Assembly (NCBI GenBank): GCA_025352045.1
Contig: JANXUD010000028.1
Coordinates: forward strand, 10,206-74,205
Source: Gammaproteobacteria bacterium
GTDB lineage: Bacteria > Pseudomonadota > Gammaproteobacteria > Xanthomonadales > Xanthomonadaceae
Direction: 5' to 3'
DNA: 64,000 bases
Made by a program: the position numbers and the translations under genes. The notes beneath the pieces were generated by a model. The model was not told where the DNA came from, did no database searches, and worked only from the letters and a program-made list of their open reading frames with translations. This document shows, piece after piece, positions 18,652 through 28,647 of this stretch. Numbering within the stretch: position 1 is the stretch's first letter; each line of letters begins with the position of its first letter.

Positions 18652-19323
18652 CTACCAGGGCAAGGCGGAGCCGTTGGAATGCCAGAAGCTGCCGGTCTGG
18701 TCGAGGCCGAGCGTGTCGAGCCTGGCGACCAGGCGTTCCGCGGCTACCTCGGGGCGGATATCGCCGCTGCCGCCCACCATGTCCGTCGCCACATAGCCCG
18801 GATGCATCAGGTACACCGCGACGCCGCGCGGTTTCAGGTCTATCGCCAGCGACTTGCCGATCGCATTGACCGCCGCCTTCGACGCGCGGTAGCCGTAGAA
18901 GCCGCCGGAATCGTTGTCCGACACCGAGCCCATGCGGCTGGTCATGATCGCCAGCTTGGCCGGGTTGGCGAGATGGCCCAACAGGGACTGCGCCACGCGC
19001 AGCGGGCCCAGCGCATTGACCTCGAACTGCAGGCGCAGGCTGTCGAAGCCCGCGGCATCGATCGCGCCCAGCGATTCCCGCGCCAGGATGCCGGCATTGA
19101 GCCAAAGCACGTCGATGCGGGTCTCGCCCAGGCGCTGCGCCAGCGCGTCCAGCGCGCCTGCGTCGGTGACATCGACGCCCGACTCCACGCGCGCCCCGCT
19201 GTCGCCGAGATCGCGGCTGGAGTGCCGGCACACGCCGATTACCGCGTCGCCGCGCGCCAGGTAGTGTCGGGCGAGCGCCAGGCCGATGCCGCGGTTGGCG
19301 CCAGTGATCAGGATCGTTTGCAT
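18652..19323 (-). CDS. SDR-family oxidoreductase
   Basis: ITGANRGIG cofactor motif and YRASKAAVN catalytic motif. ATG at 19323 with a GGAGG RBS. Confidence 0.9.
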   Translation of the reverse strand: MQTILITGANRGIGLALARHYLARGDAVIGVCRHSSRDLGDSGARVESGVDVTDAGALDALAQRLGETRIDVLWLNAGILARESLGAIDAAGFDSLRLQFEVNALGPLRVAQSLLGHLANPAKLAIMTSRMGSVSDNDSGGFYGYRASKAAVNAIGKSLAIDLKPRGVAVYLMHPGYVATDMVGGSGDIRPEVAAERLVARLDTLGLDQTGSFWHSNGSALPW

Positions 19324-19436
19324 GTTGCCTCCAGGGAACGCAGGGACCGTCGCAGGACGGTCAGGGCGCCATCGTAGTCCCCGCCGCATGAACCGCGTGG
19401 CCGCGGGGAGCCGTTCCGCGTGCCCGCCTGCGCCTC

Positions 19437-20375
19437 TCAGTCGCTGTCATCGGCCTCGAAGAAGGACCAGCGGATTTCGGGGAAGGCGGCGCGCATGTCG
19501 GCCTCGATCGCGTTGACCTGCGCGACCAGGGCGCCGGCCGACTGCGCATCGTCCATGCGCGCCTGCACGGCGACCATCACGTCGGGTCCCATCTGCAGGG
19601 TGATGACGTTGAAGATCTCGAGGATTTCCGGACGTGCGTCGAGGAAGGCGCGGATCGCCTCGCGCCGCGCCGGCGCCACAGACTGCCCGATCAGCAGGGC
19701 CTTCACTTCCACCGCGACGAACACCGCCACCACGATCAGCAGCACGCCGATGCCCAGCGTGCCGACCGCATCCCAGGTGACGTTGCCCGTGGCCATGCTC
19801 ATGGCCACCGCCGCCAATGCCAGCACCAGGCCGAGCAAGGCAGCCACCTGTTCGCCGAAGACAACGATCATCTCGGAGTTGCGGCTTTCGCGGAACCAGT
19901 GCCACAGCGATTCTCCCGGCGATTGCTCGGCGCGCACCTCGGCAAGGCAGGCGCGCAGGCTCCACCATTCCAGCGCGGCGCTGAATGCCAGCACGGCGAT
20001 ACCCAGCCAGGGCCGCGCCAGCGGCTCGGGATGCTGCAGCTTGTGGATGCCTTCGTACACCGAGTAGGTGCCACCGACCGAGAACAGCATCAGCGCCACC
20101 AGGAAGGACCAGAAATAAACTTCCTTCCCGTAGCCCAGCGGATAGTCGGGCGTCGGCGGTAATTTCGCCCGCTTCATGCCCAGCAGCAGCAGGCCCTGGT
20201 TGCCGCAGTCGGCCAGCGAGTGCACGGCCTCGGCCAGCATCGCGCCCGAGCGGGTGAGCATCGCCGCGATCGCCTTGACGATGAAGATGCCGATGTTGGC
20301 AGCGAGCGCGTAGAGGATCGCGCGGGTGGAGTTGCCGTGGCCTGACATGCCTGTCCCGTCCGGGTTTGCCGACAT
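19437..20375 (-). CDS. cation diffusion facilitator (CDF) family transporter
   Basis: LAEAVHSLADCGNQ in TM2, six TM segments, and a C-terminal cytoplasmic domain. Start MSANPD (20375), with alternatives nearby. Confidence 0.9.
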   Translation of the reverse strand: MSANPDGTGMSGHGNSTRAILYALAANIGIFIVKAIAAMLTRSGAMLAEAVHSLADCGNQGLLLLGMKRAKLPPTPDYPLGYGKEVYFWSFLVALMLFSVGGTYSVYEGIHKLQHPEPLARPWLGIAVLAFSAALEWWSLRACLAEVRAEQSPGESLWHWFRESRNSEMIVVFGEQVAALLGLVLALAAVAMSMATGNVTWDAVGTLGIGVLLIVVAVFVAVEVKALLIGQSVAPARREAIRAFLDARPEILEIFNVITLQMGPDVMVAVQARMDDAQSAGALVAQVNAIEADMRAAFPEIRWSFFEADDSD

Positions 20376-20432
20376 GGTAGCGCCGCGGGCGGAGGCGAGT
20401 CTCGCCAGGAGGCGCACGCGCGCCGCCGCGGT

Positions 20433-21911
20433 TCAGGCAGGCCGTGCCGCGCCAATGCGCGCAAAGCGCAGCACGCCGTCGGCAATCGGCGCGTCGCGCA
20501 ACAGCCTGCGATCGTGGAACAGGTCGTGGCGCAAGCGCCAGGGATCGTGCCTGCCCTGTCGCGGCAGGCGATCGTGGGCGCGTGCGACGTAGCCCGATTG
20601 CAAGGGCATCAGACCGACGTCGCCGGTCGCCACACCCTCGGCCACGGGCACGCACCAGTCGTCACCGCTGCGGTCCATGTGCGCCAGGATCCGGCAGGCA
20701 AAGCCCACGCACAGCTCCGCCTTCAGCGTCCAGGACGCATTTGCGTAACCAAAGGCGGACACCAGGTTGGGCAGGCCGGAAAACATGCAGCCCTTGTAGC
20801 TGACCGTGTCGGCCAGCCGGACCGGCGCGCCGTCCACCCGCAGCGCCAGGCCCGGCATCAGTTCCATGTCCAGCCCCGTTGCGCTGACCACGATGTCGGC
20901 GGCCAGCTCGCGGCCGGAGTCCAGGCGCAGGCCATGGGGCGTGAAACCGGCGATGGTGTCGGTGACCACGCGTGCCTTGCCCTCGCGCAAGGCCGCGAAG
21001 AAGTCGCCGTCGGGAACCAGGCACAGCCGTTGCCGCCAGGGCGGATAGCGCGGCGTGAACGGCGCCATGTTGGCCCCGGCGCCCAGTTCTCGACGCGCGA
21101 GCAGGCGCAGGATCCAGCCGGTCGGCGACGGCAGCCAGGTCGCGGCGCGATAGAACAGCCAGTCGCGCAGGATGTATTTCCCGCGCAGCAGTCGTGCCAG
21201 CGTCGCCGCCGGAAGCACGCGGGACAAGGCGCGCGCCATCCAGTCCATCGCCGGCCGCGCCACGATCCAGCTCGGCGAGCGCTGCAGCATCGCCACGCTC
21301 GCGGCCTCGCGCGCCATCGCGGGCACCAGGGTGACGGCGGTGGCGCCGCTGCCGATCACCACCACGCGCCTGCCGCGCCAGTCGAGTTCGGGCGGCCAGT
21401 GTTGCGGGTGCACGATCGCGCCCTGGAAGGCATCCTCGCCGGGAAAGCGCGGGCGGTATCCGGCGTCGTAGCGAAAGTAGCCGGCGCACACCAGCAACAG
21501 CCGGCAGCGCAGGATGTGGATGGCGCCGCCCGCGCCAGTGGCGATGCGCGCCGTCCAGCGCGCGGTGCTGCTGTCCCAGTCGGCCGCCATCAGGCGCTGG
21601 CCGAAGCGGATGTGCCGGTCCAGGCCGTGCTCGCGCACCGTGTCCTGCAGGTAGTCGCGGATCGTCGCCGCGTCCACGATCGCCCGGACGCCGGTCCAGG
21701 GCCGGAACGAGTAGGCATAGCTGTACATGTCGGAATCGGAGCGGATGCCCGGGTAGCGGAACAGGTCCCAGGTCCCGCCGATCGCGTCGCGCGCTTCGAT
21801 GATCTCGAAGCGCTTGCCGGGGCAGTCGCGTTGCAGCAGCGCGCCGGCGGCGATGCCGGACACCCCGGCACCGACCACCAGCACGTCCAGTTCTTCGTTC
21901 GCCCCCGGCAT
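20433..21911 (-). CDS. flavin-dependent (Baeyer-Villiger type) monooxygenase
   Basis: GAGVSGI FAD motif, GGTWDLFRYPGIRSDS, the BVMO fingerprint FQGAIVHPQHWP (FxGxxxHxxxWP), and a second dinucleotide motif GSGATA. Confidence 0.9.
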   Translation of the reverse strand: MPGANEELDVLVVGAGVSGIAAGALLQRDCPGKRFEIIEARDAIGGTWDLFRYPGIRSDSDMYSYAYSFRPWTGVRAIVDAATIRDYLQDTVREHGLDRHIRFGQRLMAADWDSSTARWTARIATGAGGAIHILRCRLLLVCAGYFRYDAGYRPRFPGEDAFQGAIVHPQHWPPELDWRGRRVVVIGSGATAVTLVPAMAREAASVAMLQRSPSWIVARPAMDWMARALSRVLPAATLARLLRGKYILRDWLFYRAATWLPSPTGWILRLLARRELGAGANMAPFTPRYPPWRQRLCLVPDGDFFAALREGKARVVTDTIAGFTPHGLRLDSGRELAADIVVSATGLDMELMPGLALRVDGAPVRLADTVSYKGCMFSGLPNLVSAFGYANASWTLKAELCVGFACRILAHMDRSGDDWCVPVAEGVATGDVGLMPLQSGYVARAHDRLPRQGRHDPWRLRHDLFHDRRLLRDAPIADGVLRFARIGAARPA

Positions 21912-21920
21912 CGCGGCAGT

Positions 21921-22421
21921 CTATGCCAGCGTGAGCTTCCGCATGCGCAGCGCCAGCCCGCCACCGTTGACTAGGTAATACCCCACCATCGTTGCGGCGA
22001 TGCCCAGGGTCAGCGGGCTCGCGTTCTGTCCCATCTGCGCTGCGCCGCCGGTGAACACGCCGCTGCCCATCCGCCATGCAAGCCGGGCAACGAGCAGCAG
22101 CGATAGCGCGCCGCCGATCCAGGGGTTGGGCGTGTAGTAGCGCTGGCCGTCGCTGAGTTCGACGTGCGTGTGGCGCAGGGCCAACAGGGCGAGCAAGCCA
22201 CCGATCGCCAGGCCGGCGCCGACCGCGAGCGCGGCATTGGGCACGAACACCGCCGCCGACAGCAGTCCGAGCAGGGCCAGTCCGAGCAATCCGAGCCGAA
22301 TGGAAACGCGCGTTGGCCGCCAGGGCTGGCGACCGAAACTGCCGCGGATGCGCCGGTAGTAAACCCAGCCAAACAGGCCGGAGAACAAAAGGGGCTGGAT
22401 GCTGGCGGGCGCAAAGGCCAT
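21921..22421 (-). CDS. membrane protein, unknown function
   Basis: 166-aa ORF with four hydrophobic helices. I recognise no family. Confidence 0.65.
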   Translation of the reverse strand: MAFAPASIQPLLFSGLFGWVYYRRIRGSFGRQPWRPTRVSIRLGLLGLALLGLLSAAVFVPNAALAVGAGLAIGGLLALLALRHTHVELSDGQRYYTPNPWIGGALSLLLVARLAWRMGSGVFTGGAAQMGQNASPLTLGIAATMVGYYLVNGGGLALRMRKLTLA

Positions 22422-22491
22422 GGAATCGGATCCGGTCGGAAGGTCGCGGACGACTGTAGCGCCCCGCGCCAGCGTCCGCCGGTGCCGGATG

Positions 22492-23037
22492 TCACCTTTT
22501 CCCGTCGCCCGCCACCGGCCAGTTGCGCACGGCGGCCCAGGCCGGCTGCACCGACGGCGGCAGCTTGTCCATGTGCTTGAGGAAGGTGGCGATCGTCCAG
22601 ATCTGCTGGTCGCTGAGCGTTCCGCGGAACGACGGCATGGCGGTCAGGCGGATGCCGTGCTGGATCTTCCAGAACGAGCGGCCTTCGGGATCGTCCTCGA
22701 CCCCTTCGCTGGCGAATTGCGGGGGCTTTTGATAAAGACCGCGGGCGATGGGCGAGGCCGCCTCGTCACCCTTCGACGAGCCATGGCAGACCGCGCAGTT
22801 GGTGGCGAACAGGGCGATGCCGGCGCGCAGGTTCTCGTCGGTCGGGGCGACGGGATCGGGCATGGACGGTGCTTCGCGCGCCAAGGTCGCATCAAGCGAC
22901 GTCGAGGCGGCCCAGGTCTCGAGCTTTCCCGGGACCGCGTCGGCATTGGCAGGCACGCGACCCGAACGGACCAGGACAAATGCGAGCAGGGCGCCCGCCG
23001 CCAGCGTCACCACGATTCCCAGCAGGAAGGATTTCAT
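22492..23037 (-). CDS. membrane-anchored c-type cytochrome
   Basis: N-terminal TM and a single CAVCH haem-binding motif, with Met in the downstream LTAMPSF. Confidence 0.8.
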   Translation of the reverse strand: MKSFLLGIVVTLAAGALLAFVLVRSGRVPANADAVPGKLETWAASTSLDATLAREAPSMPDPVAPTDENLRAGIALFATNCAVCHGSSKGDEAASPIARGLYQKPPQFASEGVEDDPEGRSFWKIQHGIRLTAMPSFRGTLSDQQIWTIATFLKHMDKLPPSVQPAWAAVRNWPVAGDGKR

Positions 23038-23144
23038 GTTTCGTCACCATTTGCCGGCGCCGAACGGCAGGGATTGCCGTTGGCGGAGGCCAACGATGCA
23101 CCACGGCGGCTTAACGGTTCATGGCGAACCCCCCCTGACCGGCC

Positions 23145-23184
23145 AAAACATGGCGGGCCCGGCCCTGCGAAGGACCGGGCCCGC
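23145..23184 (-). terminator. Rho-independent terminator of the fasciclin gene
   Basis: 10-bp stem GCGGGCCCGG (23154-23163) pairs with CCGGGCCCGC (23175-23184). On the minus strand it is followed by TTTT (23145-23148). Confidence 0.6.
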
Positions 23185-23226
23185 GGGTCACAGCCTCCGG
23201 CGGCCCTTGGGGTGCCGGAAAGCGGA

Positions 23227-23781
23227 TTACGGCATCAGGACTTTGTCGACCACCTGGATCACGCCATTGCTCTGGTACACGTCGCCGATGGTCACATTGG
23301 CCATGCCGCCCTTGGCGTCGGTGACCATGTACTTCTTGCCCATGCGGCTGACCGTGAGCGACTCGCCCTGCACCGTCTTCAACTTGGTGCTGCCGTGGCC
23401 GGTCTTGATCAGCTTGTCCAGCGCCTTCGAATCCAGGCGGCCCGGCACCACGTGGTAGGTCAGGACGCTGGTGAGGGTGGACTTGTTCTCCGGCTTGAGC
23501 AGGGTGTCGACGGTTCCGGCGGGCAGCGCGGCGAAGGCGGCGTTGGTAGGCGCGAACACGGTGAACGGACCCGCGGACTTCAGCGTGTCCACCAGGCCGG
23601 CGGCCTTGACGGCGGCGACCAGGGTGGTGTGGTCCTTCGAGTTGACGGCGTTGTCGACGATGTCCTTGCTGCTGTACATGGCGGCGCCGCCGACCATCGG
23701 GTTGTGCATGGTCTTGGCATCGGCGCAGGCGCCGAAGGCCAGCGTGGTCGCAAGGACGGCGCTCAGGATGGTGGTCTTCAT
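23227..23781 (-). CDS. fasciclin (FAS1) domain protein, secreted
   Basis: Signal peptide MKTTILSAVLATTLAFGACA. TVFAPTNAAFAALP and NGVIQVVDKVLMP are FAS1 hallmarks. Confidence 0.9.
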   Translation of the reverse strand: MKTTILSAVLATTLAFGACADAKTMHNPMVGGAAMYSSKDIVDNAVNSKDHTTLVAAVKAAGLVDTLKSAGPFTVFAPTNAAFAALPAGTVDTLLKPENKSTLTSVLTYHVVPGRLDSKALDKLIKTGHGSTKLKTVQGESLTVSRMGKKYMVTDAKGGMANVTIGDVYQSNGVIQVVDKVLMP

Positions 23782-24060
23782 GGGAATGTCTCGTGGGTGC
23801 ACTGCGTCGTTGCAGTGGGCGCATCCTGGACATGGGCCAGTGCAGGCCCCGTGAGTTTATGCCGGCGAATTCCTGGTCGCGTCAGCGGCCGTTGTGCATC
23901 GTGCAGCGCGCGTGCACGCGGGATGAGCGGCGCGTGAAACCTCCGCGTCGTTCAACGGGCAGTGGGCATTCCATGCACATTGCCCGGGCGGGTTAGCGCG
24001 CCTTAAGCCGCGCCGTCCATCATGGCGCTGCGACATTCCTGCCGCGCACGAGGACCACCA

Positions 24061-24729
24061 ATGAAAAAGCTGCTCGCGATCACTTCCGTCCTGCTGCTCG
24101 CCGGCGGCATGGCGACCTCTGCCAGCGCGCAGTCGCGCGACTCCCAGGGATACCAGGGCTACCAGGCCTACCAGGGCTATTCCAACGGTGACGACCAGGG
24201 CGAGGATTCGCAGTCTGACGACAATGACGATTCCGACCGCAACGATGGCCAGTCCTATGACCAGTATGGCGACGGCCAGCGCCAGGTGCAGGTCGACCAG
24301 TACGGCAACGTGATCCGCCAGGCCCGGTACGACCAGTACGGCAATGCACAGCGCCAGGTGCAATACGACCGCGATGGCGAGCGGGCCGCTTACGGCGACG
24401 ACCGCGACGACGGCCGTGACCAGCGCGACCACCGCGGCGCATACGGCAACGGGCACGACAGCCGCGATTTCGGCCACTCGCACAATGCTCGCCATCGCTA
24501 CCAGGCCGGGCGTTACGCGGGCCCGCGCGGCTACCGGGGCAATCGCTGGAACGTGGGCACCCGCCTGCCGGTGGGCTACTACGGCTCCTCGTACTACCTC
24601 GAGCCGCGCAGCTATGGCCTGAGCTATCCGTCGCGTGGCTACCGCTGGGCCCGGGTCGGGAACGATGCCTACCTGGTGTCCACCAGCAACGGCCTGATCC
24701 GGGACGTCATCTACAGCCTGTTCCGCTGA
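24061..24729 (+). CDS. RcnB-like periplasmic protein with Asp/Gln/Tyr-rich repeat region
   Basis: Signal peptide MKKLLAITSVLLLAGG. The C-terminal GTRLPVGYY...YGLSYPSRGYRWARVGNDAYLVSTSNGLIRDVI matches the RcnB-type domain. The middle is low-complexity. Confidence 0.75.
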   Translation: MKKLLAITSVLLLAGGMATSASAQSRDSQGYQGYQAYQGYSNGDDQGEDSQSDDNDDSDRNDGQSYDQYGDGQRQVQVDQYGNVIRQARYDQYGNAQRQVQYDRDGERAAYGDDRDDGRDQRDHRGAYGNGHDSRDFGHSHNARHRYQAGRYAGPRGYRGNRWNVGTRLPVGYYGSSYYLEPRSYGLSYPSRGYRWARVGNDAYLVSTSNGLIRDVIYSLFR

Positions 24730-24749
24730 TCCCTGGCGGATTCACGCAG

Positions 24750-24779
24750 GAGGGCCGGCGATTCGCCGGCCCTCTTTGT
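24750..24779. terminator. bidirectional hairpin between convergent genes
   Basis: Perfect 11-bp stem GAGGGCCGGCG (24750-24760) pairs with CGCCGGCCCTC (24764-24774), then TTTGT. Confidence 0.7.
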
Positions 24780-24798
24780 CATGGCGCGGCCGCCCGGC

Positions 24799-25746
24799 TC
24801 ACGCCGCGAACGACGCATCCTCCAACGGCGCGACGTCCCCGGCCGGCTGGTCGCCGAGGAAGCTCTTCCACATGCAGTAGCCGCTGGCGAACATCAGCGG
24901 ATACATCACCAGCGTCAGGGGCAATTCGAGCAGCAGCACGCCAGTCATCAGTGCCTTGGGGCCCACCAGCGACAGCGCCGAGCCGAACACGGCCAGCAGC
25001 ACGCCAAGCACGACCACGGCGATGACCAGGGCGACGAACAGGCAGACCCCGAACACCAGCAGCTTGTGCGCGTTGGCCAACAGTTCCAGGGCCGCGCGGC
25101 CCAGCGAGGCCCAGACACCGGTCGGGCGGAGCGCCACTTCGTTGAAGGCGATCATCAACGTCCACTGCCACAGCACGAGCACTCCGAACAGCAGGAAGTA
25201 GCCCAGCACCAGGGCGCCCAAGCCGCCCGGCAAAGTCGCCGGGGCGCCGAGTTGGCGCGCGGCGCTGGCCTGGATGAGCTGCATGATCGTTCCCCAGAAG
25301 GCCAGTCCGAACAGCGCGAACACGACCAGGAACACCAGCAGGCCAGCCAGCGCGAGCCCGATACCACGGAACCAGGTCGCGCTCTCACGGAACGGCGCGA
25401 AGATGTCCAGCGCCGATGCACCGGCCCCCGTATCCACGCGGCGGCAAAGGCGCGACCAGCCGAGCACGATCGGCGGGTACAGGACCAGGTAGAGCAGCAG
25501 CACCACGGCGTAGGCAATCCCCAGCCTGCCGAGCATCGTCCCGGGCTGCGCCGCGATCAATTGCGACATGTTCGGGTCCAGCGGATTGAGTCCGGCGATC
25601 AGCCACACCGGCAGCATCATCGCGAAGCCGATCAGCAGGGTCAGGACGCTGGCGCCCGCAAAGCCCGGCAGGGCGCGGCCAACCAGGCGGAAGGTGCCCG
25701 GGATCCAGCCAAACATGGCGGACAGGCTGACGCTGCGTGGAGACAT
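24799..25746 (-). CDS. polytopic membrane protein, unknown function
   Basis: ORF 24799..25803. The start at MSPRSVSL (25746) is preferred. There are at least six hydrophobic helices. Confidence 0.65.
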   Translation of the reverse strand: MSPRSVSLSAMFGWIPGTFRLVGRALPGFAGASVLTLLIGFAMMLPVWLIAGLNPLDPNMSQLIAAQPGTMLGRLGIAYAVVLLLYLVLYPPIVLGWSRLCRRVDTGAGASALDIFAPFRESATWFRGIGLALAGLLVFLVVFALFGLAFWGTIMQLIQASAARQLGAPATLPGGLGALVLGYFLLFGVLVLWQWTLMIAFNEVALRPTGVWASLGRAALELLANAHKLLVFGVCLFVALVIAVVVLGVLLAVFGSALSLVGPKALMTGVLLLELPLTLVMYPLMFASGYCMWKSFLGDQPAGDVAPLEDASFAA

Positions 25747-25890
25747 GGTGGCACCTTTGTTGGTCGCGCCTCCCCGGCGCTGGAAAAGGCTAGCACGTGC
25801 CATTGGTCATGGGGCGTGCGGAGGACTTTCCCGGCTATGCTCGGCGGGCGCGGCCGCGCCGCGCGTCCCTCCTTATTGCGATCCGAGCCC

Positions 25891-28566
25891 ATGGCCCTGC
25901 ATCCCCGCTTCGGCGTCCCGCGTCTTGCCGCCCTCTCGCTCGCCCTTGTCGCCACGGCGGCTATGTCTGCAACGCCTGCGCCGGCCACGCCGCCCGCCTC
26001 GGGCGCTCGCGCGGCCAATGCCTACCTGTCGCGCGAGGATGCCGCCGCCCGCGCCGCGCGCCTGTCCAACCTCGCCTACACGCTCGACCTGCGGCTCAGC
26101 GGCGAGCCGACCTTTGCCGCCACGGCCCGCATCGCCTTTGACCTGGGCGACGCTTCCACGCCGCTGACCCTGGACCTCGACAAGGCGACGATCGCCACGC
26201 TGGTCGTGAACGGCCACGCATTGAAGCCCGACTACAACGACTGGTTCATCACCCTGCCGGCCGCCGTGCTCAGGAAGGGCCACAACCAGGTCGACGTCGC
26301 CTACACGCGCACGCACAGCACCAATGGCGAGGGCCTGCACCGCTACGTGGACAAGGCCGACGGCCGGGTCTACCTGTACACGCACTTCGAACCCGCCGCG
26401 GCGCACCAGATGTTCCCGTCCTTCGACCAGCCCGATCCGAAGGCGACCTACACGCTCACCGCGACGGCGCCCAGGGACTGGGTGGTGATCTCCTCCACGC
26501 GCGAAGCGAAGGTGCAGGACCAGGGTGCGCTGAAGAAGTGGACCTTCCCGACCACGCCGAAACTGAGCGCCTACAACTTCTCGATGCACGCCGGCCCGTA
26601 CCGGATGTGGGAGGACGACAGCGGCAAGTACCCGATGCGCCTGTTCGCCCGCCAGTCGGTCGCCGCGCAGGTGGCGCCCGCGGACTGGTTCAAGTACACC
26701 AAGGCGGGCCTGGCCTATTACGACGATTACTTCGGCATCCCCTACCCGTTCAAGAAGTACGACCAGGTGCTGGTGCCGCAGTTCATCTACGGCGCGATGG
26801 AGAATGCCGCCGCGATCACCTTCACCGAGACGCGCTTCCTGTCCGAGAAGCCGATGACCGCGCAGCGGCGCCAGGGCCTGGCCTCGGTGATCCTGCACGA
26901 GATGGCGCACCAGTGGTTCGGCGACCTGGTGACCATGCGCTGGTGGAACGGCCTGTGGCTCAACGAGAGCTTCGCCTCCTACATGGCAACGCTCGCCAGC
27001 GCCAAGTCCGGCGAATTCCCCAATCCCTGGCTGGCGCAATACCGGTCCAAGCAGGGCGCCTATCGCCAGGACGAGAGCCTGACCACGCACCCGATCGAGG
27101 TACCGGTGCCGTCCACGCTCAATGCCTTCGACAACATCGACGCGATCACCTACAACAAGGGCGCCTCGACCCTGCACCAGTTGCGCATCCTGATCGGCGA
27201 CGATGCCTTCCGCCGCGGCGTGCACGACTACCTGGTCGCGCACTCCTACGGCAATGCCACGCTGGACGATTTCATCGGCGCGCTGTCGAAGTCATCGGGC
27301 CGCGACCTCCGGCCCTGGGCCCGCGAGTGGCTGTACCAGCCGGGCGTGAATACGCTGGCCGCCGACTTCGCCTGCCGCGACGGCAAGATCAGCCGCTTCG
27401 CGCTGACCCAGGGCGCGGCCAACCCGGCCAACCCGACCCTGCGCTCGCAGCGGGTGCAGGTCGGCCTGTTCGCGATGGCGGACGGCAAGCTCGCGCTATC
27501 GCGCAAGCGGACCGTAGACTACAGCGGCGCCCGCACCGAGATCCCGCAACTGGTCGGTAGCGCCTGCCCCGAACTGGTGTATCCGAACTACGAGGACTGG
27601 GGCTTCGCCAAGGTCGTGCTCGATCCCGCGTCGTTCGCCACCGCGCACGCCCACCTGGCCCAGGCCGAGGATCCGCTGCTGCGCTCGATGCTGTGGCAGG
27701 GCATCAGCGATGGACTCGACGACCAGCGCATCAGCCTCGAGGATTATGTCGACGCGACCGTGGTCAACCTGCCAAAGGAAACCGACTACACCCTGCTGCG
27801 CCAGGCGCTCGCCAACCTTGCGACGGCGCGCGGCTACCTGCGCGTGTTCGGCGGCCCGGCGGCCGACCGGCTGACCCTGCGCATGGAGGACACGCTGTGG
27901 ACCGGCGTGCTCGCGAGCCACGGCGACCGCGACCGGAGCCAGGCATGGCTGTCCTACTACGTCACGATCGCCGGCAGCCCGGCGGCGCTGGCGGAGCTGC
28001 GCGGCATCCTGGATGGCAGCGTGGACACGGGTGGCGCGGACGTCGACCAGGAAATGCGCTGGTCCATCCTCGAAGCACTCAATCGCAACAACGTGCCCGG
28101 CGCCGACGAACTGATCGCGAAGGAACTCGAGCGCGACGCCAGCGAAAGCGGCCAGCTGTCCGCACTGGGCGCGACGCTCGCCCGGCCGGATGCCGCGCGC
28201 AAGCAGGCCTGGCTGGCGAAGATCCAGTCGCTCGATGGCTCGGAACCATTCTCGCGCCTGCGCGTGGCCATGAACGGGCTGTACCCGGGCGGCCAGGAAG
28301 CACTCGACGAGGCGACGGCCGCCCAGCGACTCGACAGGCTGGCGGCCATCGACGCGAAGGCCGACCGGGTCTTCATGCGCGGCTATGCCGGCGCCATGAT
28401 CCCGGCGACCTGCACCGCGGCCAGCGTGGCGCGCCTGCAGGCCGCCATCGACGCTGGCGCCGGCCTCAGCGCTGGCACCCGCCGCAGCCTGGTCGAGGCC
28501 CGGGAAGGCGATGCGCGTTGCGTCGCGATCCGCGCGGGCTGGGACAAGGAACAGGCCGCGCACTGA
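25891..28566 (+). CDS. pepN: M1-family aminopeptidase N, secreted
   Basis: GAMEN exopeptidase motif and HEMAHQWFGDLVTMRWWNGLWLNE (HExxH-x18-E). Signal peptide from MALHPRF at 25891. The upstream part of ORF 24781..28566 is antisense to a membrane-protein gene. Confidence 0.92.
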   Translation: MALHPRFGVPRLAALSLALVATAAMSATPAPATPPASGARAANAYLSREDAAARAARLSNLAYTLDLRLSGEPTFAATARIAFDLGDASTPLTLDLDKATIATLVVNGHALKPDYNDWFITLPAAVLRKGHNQVDVAYTRTHSTNGEGLHRYVDKADGRVYLYTHFEPAAAHQMFPSFDQPDPKATYTLTATAPRDWVVISSTREAKVQDQGALKKWTFPTTPKLSAYNFSMHAGPYRMWEDDSGKYPMRLFARQSVAAQVAPADWFKYTKAGLAYYDDYFGIPYPFKKYDQVLVPQFIYGAMENAAAITFTETRFLSEKPMTAQRRQGLASVILHEMAHQWFGDLVTMRWWNGLWLNESFASYMATLASAKSGEFPNPWLAQYRSKQGAYRQDESLTTHPIEVPVPSTLNAFDNIDAITYNKGASTLHQLRILIGDDAFRRGVHDYLVAHSYGNATLDDFIGALSKSSGRDLRPWAREWLYQPGVNTLAADFACRDGKISRFALTQGAANPANPTLRSQRVQVGLFAMADGKLALSRKRTVDYSGARTEIPQLVGSACPELVYPNYEDWGFAKVVLDPASFATAHAHLAQAEDPLLRSMLWQGISDGLDDQRISLEDYVDATVVNLPKETDYTLLRQALANLATARGYLRVFGGPAADRLTLRMEDTLWTGVLASHGDRDRSQAWLSYYVTIAGSPAALAELRGILDGSVDTGGADVDQEMRWSILEALNRNNVPGADELIAKELERDASESGQLSALGATLARPDAARKQAWLAKIQSLDGSEPFSRLRVAMNGLYPGGQEALDEATAAQRLDRLAAIDAKADRVFMRGYAGAMIPATCTAASVARLQAAIDAGAGLSAGTRRSLVEAREGDARCVAIRAGWDKEQAAH

Positions 28567-28647
28567 TCGCCGGACAGGCCGGGTTCCGTGCCCGGCCGGT
28601 AAAGTGCAGCGATTGGCCCCACGTCACGGGGCCGGGACCGGTCACGG

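Noticed and set aside
20514-22077. 486-aa plus-strand and 471-aa minus-strand ORFs over the monooxygenase gene
   Set aside because: The frame 20433..21911 contains the FAD motif and the BVMO fingerprint. The alternatives have none.
24781-25890. 370-codon N-terminal extension of the pepN ORF (1261 aa in total)
   Set aside because: The extension is antisense to a convincing polytopic membrane-protein gene and reads as Gln/Arg/His/Glu low complexity. A signal peptide begins at the internal ATG 25891.
28617-28645. REP-like sequence CACGGGGCCGGGACCGGTCACGG
   Set aside because: It shares only ACGGGGCCGG and ...TCAC with the REP core and has an internal rearrangement. It is too degenerate to call a copy.
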